DNA of 32,704 bases, taken from Phoronis australis. Lineage: Eukaryota > Animalia > Phoronida. The stretch spans positions 1 through 32,704 of the forward strand of contig NMRA01001006.1 of the NCBI GenBank assembly GCA_002633005.1, given 5' to 3'. Numbering within the stretch: position 1 is the first letter of the stretch; every line of letters starts with the position of its first letter. This document shows positions 10,529 to 23,449 of this stretch, piece after piece. Made by a program: the position numbers and the translations under genes. The notes below the pieces were generated by a model. It was not told the DNA's origin. It saw only the letters and a list, made by a program, of their open reading frames with translations, and ran no database searches.

Positions 10529-11643
10529 TTACAGACCAGAACAAACTAGGCTTTTTGACATTATCTATCTCCTTTATAAATTTTATGTCTTCAATTACTG
10601 CAGCAGTCTTGATTTATTCTCATCAGAACTGAGTTGATGATTTTGACGTCCAATCTGTCGCTTGATGTAAGGATTTTTTAGATCGACTGATTGAGGCTAT
10701 CAGAATCTTGTGAATTCTCGGCACCTCTGCAAATGCCTTGGTGCATGCTAACCATAGATCTAACTTTGTTTCTAGTAAAACACCACGGGTCCTTTAGGAC
10801 AGTTATGTGCTCGATTGTTTTCGACATGTCATTTCCACCAGGAATAAAAACTTAAGCGTATTTCAGCTTCGTTGCTGAGATAATTACAGACTATTGAACT
10901 AGAACAGTGTGAGGCTTGTCATTCACATGGTGACGAAACTGAACTAACAGTCCCGTCTGTGTATGAACCCCAATGTCTAGGGACTCACATGAGACTGTTA
11001 TCCACTAAGGTCGCCACAACATTGCTGGGAAGTTGTCCGGTTCCCAGACAGTTAGATATTAATGAGAGAACCCTTCCCACGGTCCGAACCACCTTGTGAA
11101 TATCTTATCTTCCATGTGCTAGCGCAGTGAGCAGACATAGAATTCCACAAAATATCAGAAATATATTACTCCAATAATAAATTTTGATAATATACATCTA
11201 CTACTTTTAAACTATTTTGAGATTTTCCATTTTGAGAATCTCCTGTGATTATGCAAGTCTATATGATATGTATATTTAGTACTGGCATTGGGTTTAAAAG
11301 TAAGTTGTTGCTGTGAAGTTTTGCAAAGGTCGACTCATGATTTTGCTATGTGGTATTGTTTAGTTACTTTATGTTTAACCAGGCACGTAACCAGGAGCGT
11401 TGGAGTTGTAACTTGTTAGAAAATAGTGAAAAGTTTGTAATAATCTGTTTCTATTCAGCTTACACTCTATTGTATTTGGTATGCAGCGTATTGACTTGTA
11501 GTTATTAGGTTGTTGTCAACAATATTTATCTTATTGCTAATATTAATTGAGGAGAAACTGTGGTTGCCGATCTTAAATTATCAGAGAAGTTTGTATGAGT
11601 GCTCTATTTACATATTGTCTTATTGAAACGTGCTCAAGTGACA

Positions 11644-11649
11644 TTTATT
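11644..11649 (-). terminator. Candidate polyadenylation signal AATAAA of the PLAC8-family gene
   Basis: TTTATT on + strand, about 95 nt after the stop codon. Confidence 0.45.
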
Positions 11650-11743
11650 AAAGTAACAGTTCTTGGTGCATTAACGATCCTCATGCTTGACCTTGTTATC
11701 TAGGAAAACAATTTGCTATTCCCCTATTTTTTTCCGCCTGTCT

Positions 11744-12240
11744 TTAGGCAGCCGTTTCTGGACCAGCGTCTCCTTCTTTCGGTTCTTCTGGTGGTGCTGG
11801 CTCCTCTGTTTCCGTACGAGTCATTTCTTGTTCCGGAGGTGGGGCTGGGGCTGGGGCTGGGCACTCGGTCGGCTGTGGTCCTGTGGACAGGAGCTGAATC
11901 TCTTGGTTTTCCTGTACGAGTGCGCAGAATCCGCAAAAAACGTAGGTAAGACAATCGCCAACTCTAGAACCACCAATCAGTCGTCTCTCACGGATGGCGC
12001 CGCGAACGTTCGATCCCAACACGCAATTTATCAGTGGAATAAGTGTTCCCAGGCCGTATAGTGCGCAGCTTTTGTCCACAGCCTTCGCGTTATTGCCTGC
12101 AACGAAGACGGATTTGATTTTTCGTCTCCTTGCAACAGTTAAACCGCCCCGACGGTGCTTGACCGCGGTGCCACATTCTTACCGCAGGCACTGGACCCTG
12201 GCGCTGCTGCTCGGCACGGGTCTGAGTTGCGTAGACTCAT
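11744..12240 (-). CDS. PLAC8/cornifelin family Cys-rich protein with Pro/Glu-rich C-terminal tail; 5' part disrupted (pseudogene, or spliced as join(12240..12183,12096..11744), 136 aa)
   Basis: FVAGNNAKAVDKSCALYG...PLINC...RGAIRERRLIGGSRVGDCLTYVFCGFCALVQENQE matches the PLAC8 pattern R..IR..R.I.GS...DC...FC..CAL.QE..E. The N-terminal W...GRFNCC segment lies in another frame (12176-~12110). Confidence 0.85.
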
Positions 12241-13046
12241 CGAACTCACAAAAACACAAGATCAGACATGAGATTTTGCTTGATGTCGCAGTGCCAGTGT
12301 CTTAGGTTTACGGAACCCAGCCCGGGTCTACCATTGTCAAGGGTGAGAAACAACGTGACTACAAAATGTCGTGTGTTCGGGTGAAGAAACAGTTCAGTTG
12401 AAGTGGACCTCTTAAAGCAACGAGTGAAACCCGCGTTTCGTCCAATAAGCAAATTGCAGCGTTTCGTTATTTGCTGAAATCATGTTTTGAACCATGATTT
12501 AAGTAGTACGAAATGACAGGTCAACTTGTATAGATCCTAATGTCAGCCAATAACGAGCTGTCAGTTTTTTTTAGATGAGCACAGAAATCGTATCCGCCTG
12601 ATTCGAGGGCATATTTGATACCAGTTTTAAAACAGTGATTTGCAAAAATCAAGTGTTTCGTAAAAGAAGATGGACTTATAGCTGCGATCCGGCACAGTGT
12701 TCAAAAACACTGCGGATCACTAGAATCCGCCTTGAGTGACCGCCCGGCTCCAAGGCTACTGCGCCTCGCACGGCAGGCAGGTATGAATCCATGTAACTGA
12801 CTCGATTATGTGACCTGTTTACAAAAAATTGAGCCATGTCTTCATGTGATTGAAGATGATTTCATTTCCTACAATTACATTGATGTGACCGACCAGTTAA
12901 TTGTTTTTTTTTCCACACCTTGGAATACGTAAGATTTACGCTAGACTAAAACGCTACCGTGGCAGGAATTAATATGGCCTACGATCACGGGGGTTTTCTA
13001 AAACAATCGTTCAAAGCACGTCAGTCATGTAAACCGTAACTATCCC

Positions 13047-14245
13047 TTATGATGCGCCTTTATATGTCGGTGCATATTGCCGTCATCTCTGTCCGACGTC
13101 CGGGGTTGTACCCGTCTTAAACCCATTGCAGGATCTCATTGAAATTTGGCAGATGTGTTCCTATGTGGCTGACGACAGAATTGGATGAGTTTCGGACCTG
13201 TGCCCCCTAGTGGTAATTTTAGTTTTTTATTTTTGCCTCTGTATCTTCGGAATTCCTTGACGGAATTTCATGATGTTAGGAAAACAAGTTTTTTTAAAAC
13301 TTGTTAAAATACGGAAGCGATAATGATGCCATTCCATTTTCGGACGGATTTCATGAATTTACACCACCTTGTAGACATTTTTTTGTTATTTTTGCGTCCG
13401 TTTTCTGGCGTCCGCCTCTCTATCTGCCATACCGCCCAAAGGATCATTAAAGAATTAACAGATGTGTTGCTGATTAGAAGATCATGACTGAAGTTGACTT
13501 TCTGAGGTGTCCGACTACTGTGTCGCTCCTAGTGGCATTTTTTTGCGTCTGCGCCGGGCCGAATCTCCTTAACCCTTTGAAAGAGCTTCGTGAAATTTGA
13601 ACGGTGTATTTTTATGGAGACATCGACAAACACTATGGAGTGTGGAACTGATACAAATGCCGTGAAATTCGGCAAAAAAGTTTCCATTAAGGAGACGACA
13701 ACGCTTTCCATTTTCAAAAAATTTGATATTTACTTCGCCATCTGGTGGCCATTTTTGTTCTTTTTGCATTCGTTTTTGTCGTCCACTTCCCTTTCTGCTA
13801 TACCGCTTAAAAGATCATTAAGAGTATTTACAGACGTGTTCCTGATGAGAAGGCCACTACTGAAGTTGACATTCGGATGGGTCCGACTACTGTGTTGCTC
13901 CCTAGTGGTGATTTTGTTTTTTTTTGCGTCTGAGACCGAATCTCTTTAACCCTTTGACGGAGCTTTGTGAAATTTGAAAGATGTGTTCCTATGGAGCCGA
14001 CGGCAAACTATAACGAATGCCGATCTAATCCAAATGGCCATTGTGGCCCTAGAAGCAAAATGTCTTTTACGTTAACTTCACTAGCTTTGGAGTTTATGAA
14101 TGCATTTTCATGTAATTCGGCAAATAGGTTTCTATTAAGAAGACTACAACGCCTTTCCATTTTCGGACAGATTTGATGTTTTCTGGGCCACCTGATGGCC
14201 ATTTAAAAATTGCGTACGTTTTTGACGTCTGACTCTCTGTCTGCC
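13047..14245 (+). mobile_element. Helentron/HINE (DINE-1-like) non-autonomous element remnant with internal ~372-bp tandem units
   Basis: 5' short IR ATGCGCC..GGTGCAT followed by a degenerate CTGTCCG/CGTCC microsatellite and GAAATTTG core blocks; GTCCGACTACTGTGT repeats at 13509 and 13881. The family assignment is inferred from structure. Confidence 0.6.
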
Positions 14246-15204
14246 AGTTTCGACACCCGGTTTGGCAATCATAACTTTGTCACCTTCTCGGAAATTCGGT
14301 ATAGTTGTTTGGTTGGCGTGCGTTTGGTTGTTTTAGTGTATTGCAGACAATAAAATGTAAGGCGTATGGATTACTACTTTGCACTACTTTGTCATTCGGC
14401 CATGTAATATCAAAAAATTACGTACTCGGTGTTATTAACCAGTCATGTCGTAACACTTTCCAGGTCATGTGAGAAATAAAAACAGTCGCCGAACGTTTTT
14501 ACAACATGGGGTCTTTTTACACGTTGTCATTTAGATCAACAGTAAACTTGAAACGCGCACATTCTGTGAAGAAACAACTTTTGGTCTAGACCACGTACCG
14601 TCGTGAAGTCTCCCTCATCTTGTTTCTTACTCAAATTGGAACTGGTTTCTAGGATGTAGAGTGATTGGAAGTTCAGGCCAGGGGAATTCCATGCGCTTTA
14701 TTGCGACCAATTACACTGATCGAGCTGACGATAAGAAAACGATGAGATAGCTTTGGATGGGCAAATACATGTATAACGTTTCGGAAGAAAGTAATTGTTG
14801 GCAGCAGGGTCCGGGGTACTAACCTCCTCGAAACTGGACTCGAAAACTAATCAATATCGCTTTGCTTCGAGTCTACGTCGTGCACTCGAATGTGTCGGCG
14901 TCAGTGGCTGAGTTTCGAGTCAGAGAAGTCTAGTATCAGCCAAGATATTAATGAGCTGTCTTTGCAAAAGCCGGAAATCACTTCTCATCTGAGCAAAAGT
15001 TGAGACTAAAATTATACAGTTAATGGTCTAAATAAAAATTCGCGTCTTTGGCGGAGCGCAGGCTTATCCCGCGTGCCTTGCTCAGAAAACGTGTCACATT
15101 GTCGGTCGCTACACCTACAGTCGCCCGGGTGACATTTTGTGTCGAGTGCGACAATATATGTTCCAACAGCCTCCGCTTTTGTTTCACCTACGTTGCATGG
15201 AAAG

Positions 15205-15267
15205 TAGCTTGCTGAGTGAAGACTACCGTCAAAGTTATATTTATCATACAGCTTTGTACCAAGGCTA
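15205..15267 (+). mobile_element. Short copy of the TAGCC...GGCTA family
   Basis: GAAGACTACCGTCAAA (15218) and ATACAGCTTTGTACCAAGGCTA (15246-67). Confidence 0.6.
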
Positions 15268-18200
15268 CGTGGAGGCAAGCATGTCTTTTTGACTGGGGGA
15301 ACTCGTAATTCTGTTTTTTCGAAGTTTTAGTACTATATACTTACTACTGTTGTAGATGAAGAGCATCCTTATCCTAAATTTGATTATAGCTGGAAGGCAT
15401 TACCAGGTGGGCGCCAAAATCAAAAACGCGAATTTGGCGCCTGTCATTCAGTTCTTGTGAAGGCATTTCTGGTCATGGTAACAAAAAGTACTGTCAGCAT
15501 GTCCCTAGACTGTATTTTAATGGCAATGAACATGTCATTGGGAGAATTGTTTTTGGCCAAATAATTTGGAAAAGACCTTCGTTTGGTGTGCTTTTACCAG
15601 TCACCTCGAACATCTAACAAATATTAAATTAAAACTCGAAGTTGTTCGATAAGATTATTACTATGTACTGTAAACATGAATGAAAGTTATCAGATTTTCA
15701 GTTTCTTATCAAGTTTATTATTTCTCGGTTGAATTCGAAACAGTTGTGCCTCAGCACAAAAATAAAACCTTTCCCCTAATTGCTTACTGCCCGTGTAATA
15801 ATACAAGTAGGTCACCCCACATACATAGGAATGCTACTGCCATATCCTATCGGAAATTCGTTTCACTTGTGAATGTCCCAACGAGACCGAAACCTATTTA
15901 TCCCATATACATGGACTTATTTGCATCATCGGGGCAATACGTTGTTGCCGTGTGCTCCGGCTTGTTGTTGTATGACGTCATACAAAATACCCAAGCCAGT
16001 TATGCGATCTGTGAAAGTTTTGAATAACAAGTAAAGTTTTATTTCATAATAAATTTATCAGAATTTTTTCAAGTTCTAAAATATACAAGTTAAAGCACTG
16101 AACCATTTAATAATATCAAAAGTTTGTTGGAAAGTTAGAAACAATCCATCTGGGAATATAAAAAATTGAAACATTCCCTGAACCGAGTTATGCAGCAGTG
16201 TGCCGTTTTTATTAGCTTCGATGAATTTCTTAGTTTTCTTGGTCTATTGTCGTGTCTTAGCTTCTGGACTATAAATAGTCATAGAAACATTTCCCTGTGT
16301 TGACCAAAGAATTTGAAAATAACGGTGGAAACTGTGCTGATTTGCAGAATTGGCCTATCGCCGGGCTTATGACTGACGGCTTATTAACTAACCAATCAGA
16401 ACGCAGCATTCTCGACACAACTTCGTCTGCGTTTCCAAGCCGCCATTTTACCCGACAATGTCGTTGTCGATAAAGCTTACTTTAGTCTATTGCTAAAAAA
16501 ATTGGGCGATAAATATGATGAAACGGTGTTGATATGGCGTGTGAGTACTGACTGCCGTTATACATCTAGAGAAGAATATCCTGTCATTTTTGGGCATTCT
16601 CTAAGCCGAAAACTGTCGACTTAGTAAACGATGGATCAAGCCGCTGTGAACGGCCGGCAGACGACACACGAGCAGCTAAACTTAACAATGTTGCTGGATA
16701 ACTCGAAGGTTTAACACAAATATATTTGTTCCAAGGTACGTATTTTTCAGTTTGGTGGCTACACTGTAGGCCTATCTGATTTTGACTCCGGAATTTCACT
16801 CGTGTGGGGGCCTCGATCTGTCTCGGCATCAGCTGGACCCACCACTAGTCTAGCGATAGTCCCCGGAAAGTTGTTTTTAAGGACATTTTTATAATTTTTC
16901 GTTTATTTAGACCTATAATGGACATCGCTCTGTTTCGTAGCAAAGGTACAGTTTTGGTTTTTCATATACATGTACCCGTAGGCCTGCGTTCAACTGAACT
17001 CACCAAAATTGATAGATTCGATCGGCACATGCTGGGAGGGCACTAAATTACTGAACTCAAAGCTTCGTTCGACCTGTTGTCACAAAAAATAAACAGTTGA
17101 ATTACTTTTTCATGAGAACTTATAGTATACAATACGCCTGAAGAGTTAAGGAGAGCTCTTTTTGTAGTTGTTCAAACACGGTACGTGGATTTATGAAGCT
17201 TTAAAAACATCTTTAGTTATTTTTTAAATGGCCACTTTTTGCCAGTACACCAGACTCGTCATCTTTTGTTACCATACCACAGCTTAGTGTTCATGGTACG
17301 TTTAAAATTAAGTGCAAACTACCTTTACGCAATGAAACAACAAAAATATGAAGCCTAACTTAAATATCTTTATGGTGCACTGAATTACGGCCAATTCCAT
17401 GCGTTAATTTGACTTTTGGACACAGCCCTGGATCTACCGGATATCGGCGAATCTTCACCGATTTTGTTCGAAATATCCTAAAATCTATGGCATCATACAG
17501 ATAATTCGACTTTAAGGTAAATACTCAGCTTTACATGAACGTATCGGATCAGTGGCCTTGTCAGTTTTCATAGACTATAGAGTATCTATGATGCCAGTTT
17601 GTTTACGTAAAGCGCTACCTGCTGAGAATTCGACTAACCAATCAGAAACGCCGGTGTAAAAAACAAATTTACCAAGGTAAACTAAAGTGATACCTACGTG
17701 CTGGCTACTGACCCCCTAGCGGCACACAGGGGACCAGCTAGCGTTGAACGCTGCGAGCAGACGATTCAACGCCAGAAATTTGTAACATCCTTGATCCCCT
17801 AGGTGACGCTTTGCGCCATGTCCCTAACCAATCGTAACAACGCATAGTAAGGTTAAAGGTCAGGAAGCTTGGGCGCTAGTACCGTGAGCCCGGCCACTGA
17901 AGTCAATATAGTCTGCAGAGCAATACTTGTCAAGTTTACAATAACAGTCTTTGGAATTTCTGGAACGCCACAGTCTACAGTATGACAGTGCTAGCTGGGT
18001 CATTGGGGTCACAGCTCTAGGTCTACACATAAGTACAACAAAAGTGAATTGAACACCAGGCAGCCGGCGTGTGCTTGCAGCCTAAGCGGGCTGCCAAAGC
18101 GCTTTATATTAATCTTCAGATGTTTGAAAAAAATCATTTTTGTGTCCGGAATCCACTCCAATGTAACAGTATTAAATTAAGACGAAAGGACAACGTTCTG

Positions 18201-18472
18201 TGGATCACAAAACGAAACAACATTTTGAAGATAACCAGTATCAACTATACTCACAGGCGAAAAAACCTGCATAAAACTGTATAAAATCCGGCTTTTTTCA
18301 AACTTCGAAAGTATGTCTAAACTCATACCGGATGAGAAAATGAACATAACGGTTTCTTACCGATTCTGAGGTAATCTCTCATCTATACAGAGTGCAAATT
18401 CCATTGCAAGACAGCCGGGCGATCGGCAACATTTAATCTCACAGCACTGTACGTGGATCCATTTTCCGAACA

Positions 18473-18769
18473 CAAGAGACGTGGAAAATTTTTCGAAAAA
18501 CAGCATGAAATTTGGACCAGCAACCTCTGAGTACTCCTGGTAATCACCTCCGCTATCGGCAAATCCGATGGCAAAATGAATTCAGCAACAAACTTGACTT
18601 CAAAATGAGCTATGCGCTCAAATATGGGCTTCCGGACGATCGTTAACATAGGCCTGAATGGGGCGAACTTCAAACTTCAAGAGACGTGGAAAAATTTTCA
18701 CCAATGACGCTCATATTTGGCAGTAACAAGTCTTAACATACACTCTATGCGACAGGCTATCGGCAAATT
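18473..18769. repeat. Diverged ~204-bp tandem duplication
   Basis: CAAGAGACGTGGAAAATTTT at 18473 and 18678; GCTATCGGCAAAT at 18552 and 18756. Confidence 0.7.
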
Positions 18770-19322
18770 GTCCAGTTATCTCCCCTCGCTTATAAATTCC
18801 TGATTATAGCCTGCTCTTGTGTATTTCTTATGGAGGGCTGCTGGCAAGATTTAGCGCATGCGCAGTAGTGCATGTTACATATTTCTGGCGTTGTGGCTCA
18901 GTAAAAACACATACTCGGCGTTATTAGTTCTTAATTTCCTGTAAAGACCTTAGCTCTCAGTGTAGGTATACTGTACTGTATGCATCCATAACAAAACGAT
19001 TTCGTTGGATTTGAGTTAGATTTTTGGCCGATTTTGCTGACCGGGGACCTGCTTAGCTGACCTATTTAAGATGACCCAGATTGAAACTTCAGCGAGGCCC
19101 AAAATAGCCGCATGATCACCGTGCGTGGTAATTTCTTTTTGTTTTTATAGCATTAAAATTGCTTTTTCAAGAACCACACCTTGAATTTATGATTTGGGTA
19201 ACCCATGAACAAGCTCAATCAAATCTGGCGTTGCATTACGCGAGTTTACTCGACAAGGAGACTGATCACCAACCGTGAAATACGGCCTGAACCATTCAAG
19301 TTGAATACGGCCTCTACCGTGG

Positions 19323-19485
19323 TATACGGATTGGCTACTTTCCCGGGATAATGCTTGTTACCGGGAATTCATTTCATCTGGGATTATTCTAACGAGACCG
19401 AAGGTCGCCAACATTCCCAGATGAAATAAATTCTCGAAAGGATATGGCAGTAGTATTCCTAGTATGTATGTGGGATAACCTATAT
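19323..19485. mobile_element. Palindromic element sharing the 15-bp core of 30192-30365
   Basis: GAATTCATTTCATCTGGGA (19365-83) pairs with TCCCAGATGAAATAAATTC (19415-33); core CGAGACCGAAGGTCG at 19393-19407. Confidence 0.65.
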
Positions 19486-19904
19486 ATTTCAGTCGCACCT
19501 CCTGCGTTTCAGGCAGTTGCCGAAAGGCGGTTTCCGGCAATGACGAACGTGCGGTATACATATGAAATAAATTTGAAGCAAAACCGCCATCACAGGAAAA
19601 ATAGCGACCTCGAATTGCCAGTTTTGTAATTGTTTCGGAAGTTTCGTTCCCACTCGCCACCGTCAAGGACACTTTAATGCCATCAAATAAGTACTACCAG
19701 CCACAGGCGCTCAAATTTCCCGATGACTCATAACCATAAATAAGAAACATAAAGGTTGGACAGTAAAACTTTGACGAGTCGAGGCTCCCAACTTCAACTG
19801 TCCCAAATCCAAATACAATCTGCGTGCATCTCCCTCAGACCGGTATTGCATAAACCTCCGAAGCCTCTTCTTCCCTTGATCTCATTAAACTATACCCGTG
19901 CGTG

Positions 19905-20676
19905 TAGCCAGCCAGCTAGCTGTATGAAGACTGTCGTCAAAATACAACTAGGTACCACTGTGTGTATTTCTTCCGTAGACCCCGAAATAGCACACAGCCA
20001 GGGTAGTTCTGCTCGTCACCGCGCCGTGAAACTTGTATCAACATGTAAAGCTAAAGACCGGACAGGGTGCATGCAAAATCTGGGAATCAGCCGACACTCA
20101 CCTTGCCCGTTACAGCCGTTTAAGTGAAAAACAATGCAATAAACGTCATTTTCTTGCGTAACTCTCCGCCTTTTCTAATAATTAAAAGTATGTCGTCGTT
20201 TTGCAAACAATACGCTCGTGTCACGCGCACACGCCATTCCCTAAATTTTTGCGACATCTCTCGAGAGATGATGATAGCTTGGCAGCCGCAAATTTCATCT
20301 GAAATTCGGTTTTTCAGAATCAAAATTCTAAAAACTTTTAATGAAGTGAAACCAGTTCCGATAATTTGTTGTGACGTGTACGCAACCTCGTGAAAGAAGA
20401 ACAGTGGATTGAAGAATCGGCGAAAAAATAAAGTGGCCAATAGGTGACGCAATATTTCATGGCGCCGAAAGCCGTCGCTAAGGATCGCTCCACAACTTGA
20501 GCAGCAGAATAACGGTAGAACGCCATTATTTCCAACACCGTTAAATAATTTAGTTTACTCAAGGAAGATTGTAGTTTTTAATGACACCAATTTTGTGTCA
20601 GATTTTATTTTAACACTTTTTTAACCACACAGGTGCAAAGCTGTATATTTACGTATACAGCTTTGTACCAAGGCTA
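19905..20676 (+). mobile_element. TAGCC...GGCTA-bounded non-autonomous element, long copy
   Basis: 5' TAGCC..GAAGACTGTCGTCAAAATACA and 3' ATACAGCTTTGTACCAAGGCTA; both end blocks are shared with short copies at 15205-15267 and 21479-21566. Confidence 0.65.
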
Positions 20677-20936
20677 CCGTGCGTGGTGAATTAGCGACGA
20701 AATTTTCAAAACAATCTCAAAACTCTAAATTCAAGGACTCAAAATAGTTAACATGGCGGATTCCAGTTGTGCTTTAACTTGTACGCCTGTCGAAGATAAA
20801 ATTTCGAGTTTGAGCAACCAGCTAGCCTTTACATAAAAGTCAAGAAATTTATCCACAATTTAAATGACTGAGGTTACTAAAAATCCTTTCATTTCTGTTT
20901 TATGTGTTTCTTTTTATAGCACATTTTATTACTTAA

Positions 20937-23449
20937 AGTCCCGGTATCACACGTTGTTAACCCTTATTACATGGTTAGAGGAGGTTATAAGGATCCAAGA
21001 AGTACCTACCCGATAACTAATACACGATCCGTACTCGAAAAAAGTTTAAATGAACTCGCCACTCACGATCGCTCCCGAAGAACCACCGCCATTTTGAGCT
21101 TGCTGCGAACCAGGAAGTACAATTCATTCAGGAAACCAGGCTAAGAAAACCCGTCAGTGCTACTAGCCTGCAAACGGGGATAAAATAATGGACAGCGCGC
21201 CTTAGTTTTAATAAAATCAAAATACGGTCAATTTTATCGAATTTGCTGAATAAATGTGGCGAATAAATTTTGACAGAAATTATTTTGCCTGACTCGGAGC
21301 CGGTGCGGATCGAGACAAGACACTCAGGCGAACGGCAAAGGCATGCGGTTGCAAGTTGTTTTGTCGAAGTAAAACGTTCAAATCATAAATGCCGTATATA
21401 TTCAAACGTAGTTTCAGACACTTGCATAAAATTACGGGCTGGTTAATCCTGTGTCACACTGCCGCGGCAGCCCTTAGCTAGCCTCAGTGCCAGCTACCAG
21501 TAGGAAGACTACCGTCAAAATACAGTTAGCTTGTTAGCAGGCCCATACAGCTTTGGGCCAAGGCTACCCTTAGGCCTACCTGGTCGCTGGCCACAGCGCT
21601 CGCTCAAACGAGGTTTATTTTGAACGTGGATACTTCTGGCGAACTTTGCAAAGTTGTTGGTTTTCAAAAAAGATTTTCCCAGACTGGTATGAGCGAACCA
21701 AGCTTAAAAAATGGGGGGAGGGGCTGGAATTTTTGCGAATGTCTATCTTTTACTATAAGATTCACTGGGTATGCTCAAAGTTATGAATTGCAGACGCTAA
21801 ATTTTGGTACTTCCAGTCTTCTAGTGGAATATCGTCTTGTTTTCTACTTTTTTCGGAGTTCGTGCTTCTCTGACTGAGGCAGCCCTTTTTCCATTTCTCC
21901 AAATAGGGGGCTCGATCGAGCACATAAGTATGACAAGTTCATCAAGCCAAAATGATTCAACCTTTTCACATAATAAGTAACTTAAAATGCACAATACTTT
22001 ACAACATTTAGCATTACAAACACTATTCAACAGCAAAAGTTTCCACGATATGAAAGTGGACCTACATGTAACTATTACAATAGTGACCGAATAGTGTTTC
22101 CTTACACCAGAATTTAACAAGCAGGATTAAAAAATTTGAAGTTGCAAGGAACGAAAATTGGAGGCTTGAAGCTTCGCAATCCAACATAGCTTATTTCTAC
22201 AATTAAGATTATTCATACTGTCGACTTGATAACCTGAATTAAGAAGCAATAAGTTACAAAACATGACTTGAAAGCAATTGAGACTTAAAATTTAGAAAAA
22301 ATATGAATCATTTTGTGACACCTAATCAAGCCTTGAACAGCAGTTGACAGTCAAACAAAAACCCATTTCAAAATTATTTCAACTATTTTTTTAGCTTAGT
22401 GTAAGATCACCTGAATGGGAAATTCACAGTAAAATAATTCGAATTATCTTATATTTTGCACAAAAAACACAAAAATTGAAAAAAGTTCCTTTTTTTGTAG
22501 CAACGTTTGTCAAAATGTATCAACGTTAAATCTTCACAAATTACAAAGTAACAGGTTGAACATGCCTTCCAGTTCAGCAAATGTCGCCCTGTTGTCGGTG
22601 CCGCCAGAAATGAAACGAAGTCCAACGGGAATTGTGAGCACATTTATCACTTAATGAGTAACAATTAACTGCGAGGCTGAAATTTGGTGAACACTGTTGA
22701 ATCGTGTAGAATAGTAAGTGAAGATATGTCTCACTAAATTTCACCGTAAATTGTTGGCGAAAACAATGTACACAAAGTTTTAAATTCGTAACTTATACCG
22801 CTGTCCTTCAATATGGCCTACGCGATCCAAACAAAGTGACCCAAATTTCCCCACAAAAATTGCAATAACTTTACAGTGCTTGCCCCGACTTTGATACTTT
22901 TTCGATTTTTACTGAGTAGAATACACTACCTTTCCGATGATAGCAAAGCATTTTTTCAAAACGAGAAAAAAATCATAACGGAAAAAATTGGTTTAATCGA
23001 CTCGTATTGGTTCCTAGGTTCGACCGCGCTACGTAAGGAACTAAACACCAATGTTATTTTAACATAATAAGTACGCGTAACATTCCAAAGAAGTTCAACG
23101 ACCACTAACTACAAACTACAAATACACTACATATGCAAACGAATCACGAAATATTATTAATAAAACAAAATAATGAAGACTTTTCGAGCAAGCGAAAGCA
23201 CATTCAGTTACAAGGAAAAAATGGCGGCGTTCAGGACAAGTTCCTGAACTGATGAGCCGGAAATGTGGGTACGGGAATAACCGATGACGGCCGGTAATTA
23301 TACGCTCACAGAGAAGGGTCAAATACTGTTAAAAATCGCTTTTAGCAAGAAAGGCGAAAAGGACATAAAGAAAGGGTGTCGAAAATAAGATTTTATGTAG
23401 TAAGTATTTTTGGATACTGGAACCACATGGGCAGTTTGAAACCAGGACT
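20937..23449. mobile_element. Possible old Kolobok-like non-autonomous element containing later insertions
   Basis: TTAA|AGTCCCGGTATCACAC vs the reverse complement of the right end TTAA|AGTCCTGGTTTCAAAC, plus a similar subterminal block (GATCCAAGAAGTACCTAC vs TATCCAAAAATACTTAC). Confidence 0.5.
21479..21566 (+). mobile_element. Short copy of the TAGCC...GGCTA family
   Basis: TAGCCTCAGTGCCAGCT..GAAGACTACCGTCAAAATACA..ATACAGCTTTGGGCCAAGGCTA. Confidence 0.65.

Noticed and set aside
11687-12305. Plus-strand ORFs 11687, 11713 and 11994
   Set aside because: Antisense shadows of the GC-rich PLAC8 coding sequence.
8191-14995. ~24-bp dispersed match CC(A/G)GAAATCACTTCTCA(C/T)CTGAGC at 8191 and 14971
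   Set aside because: Too short to classify; probably fragments of an old interspersed repeat.
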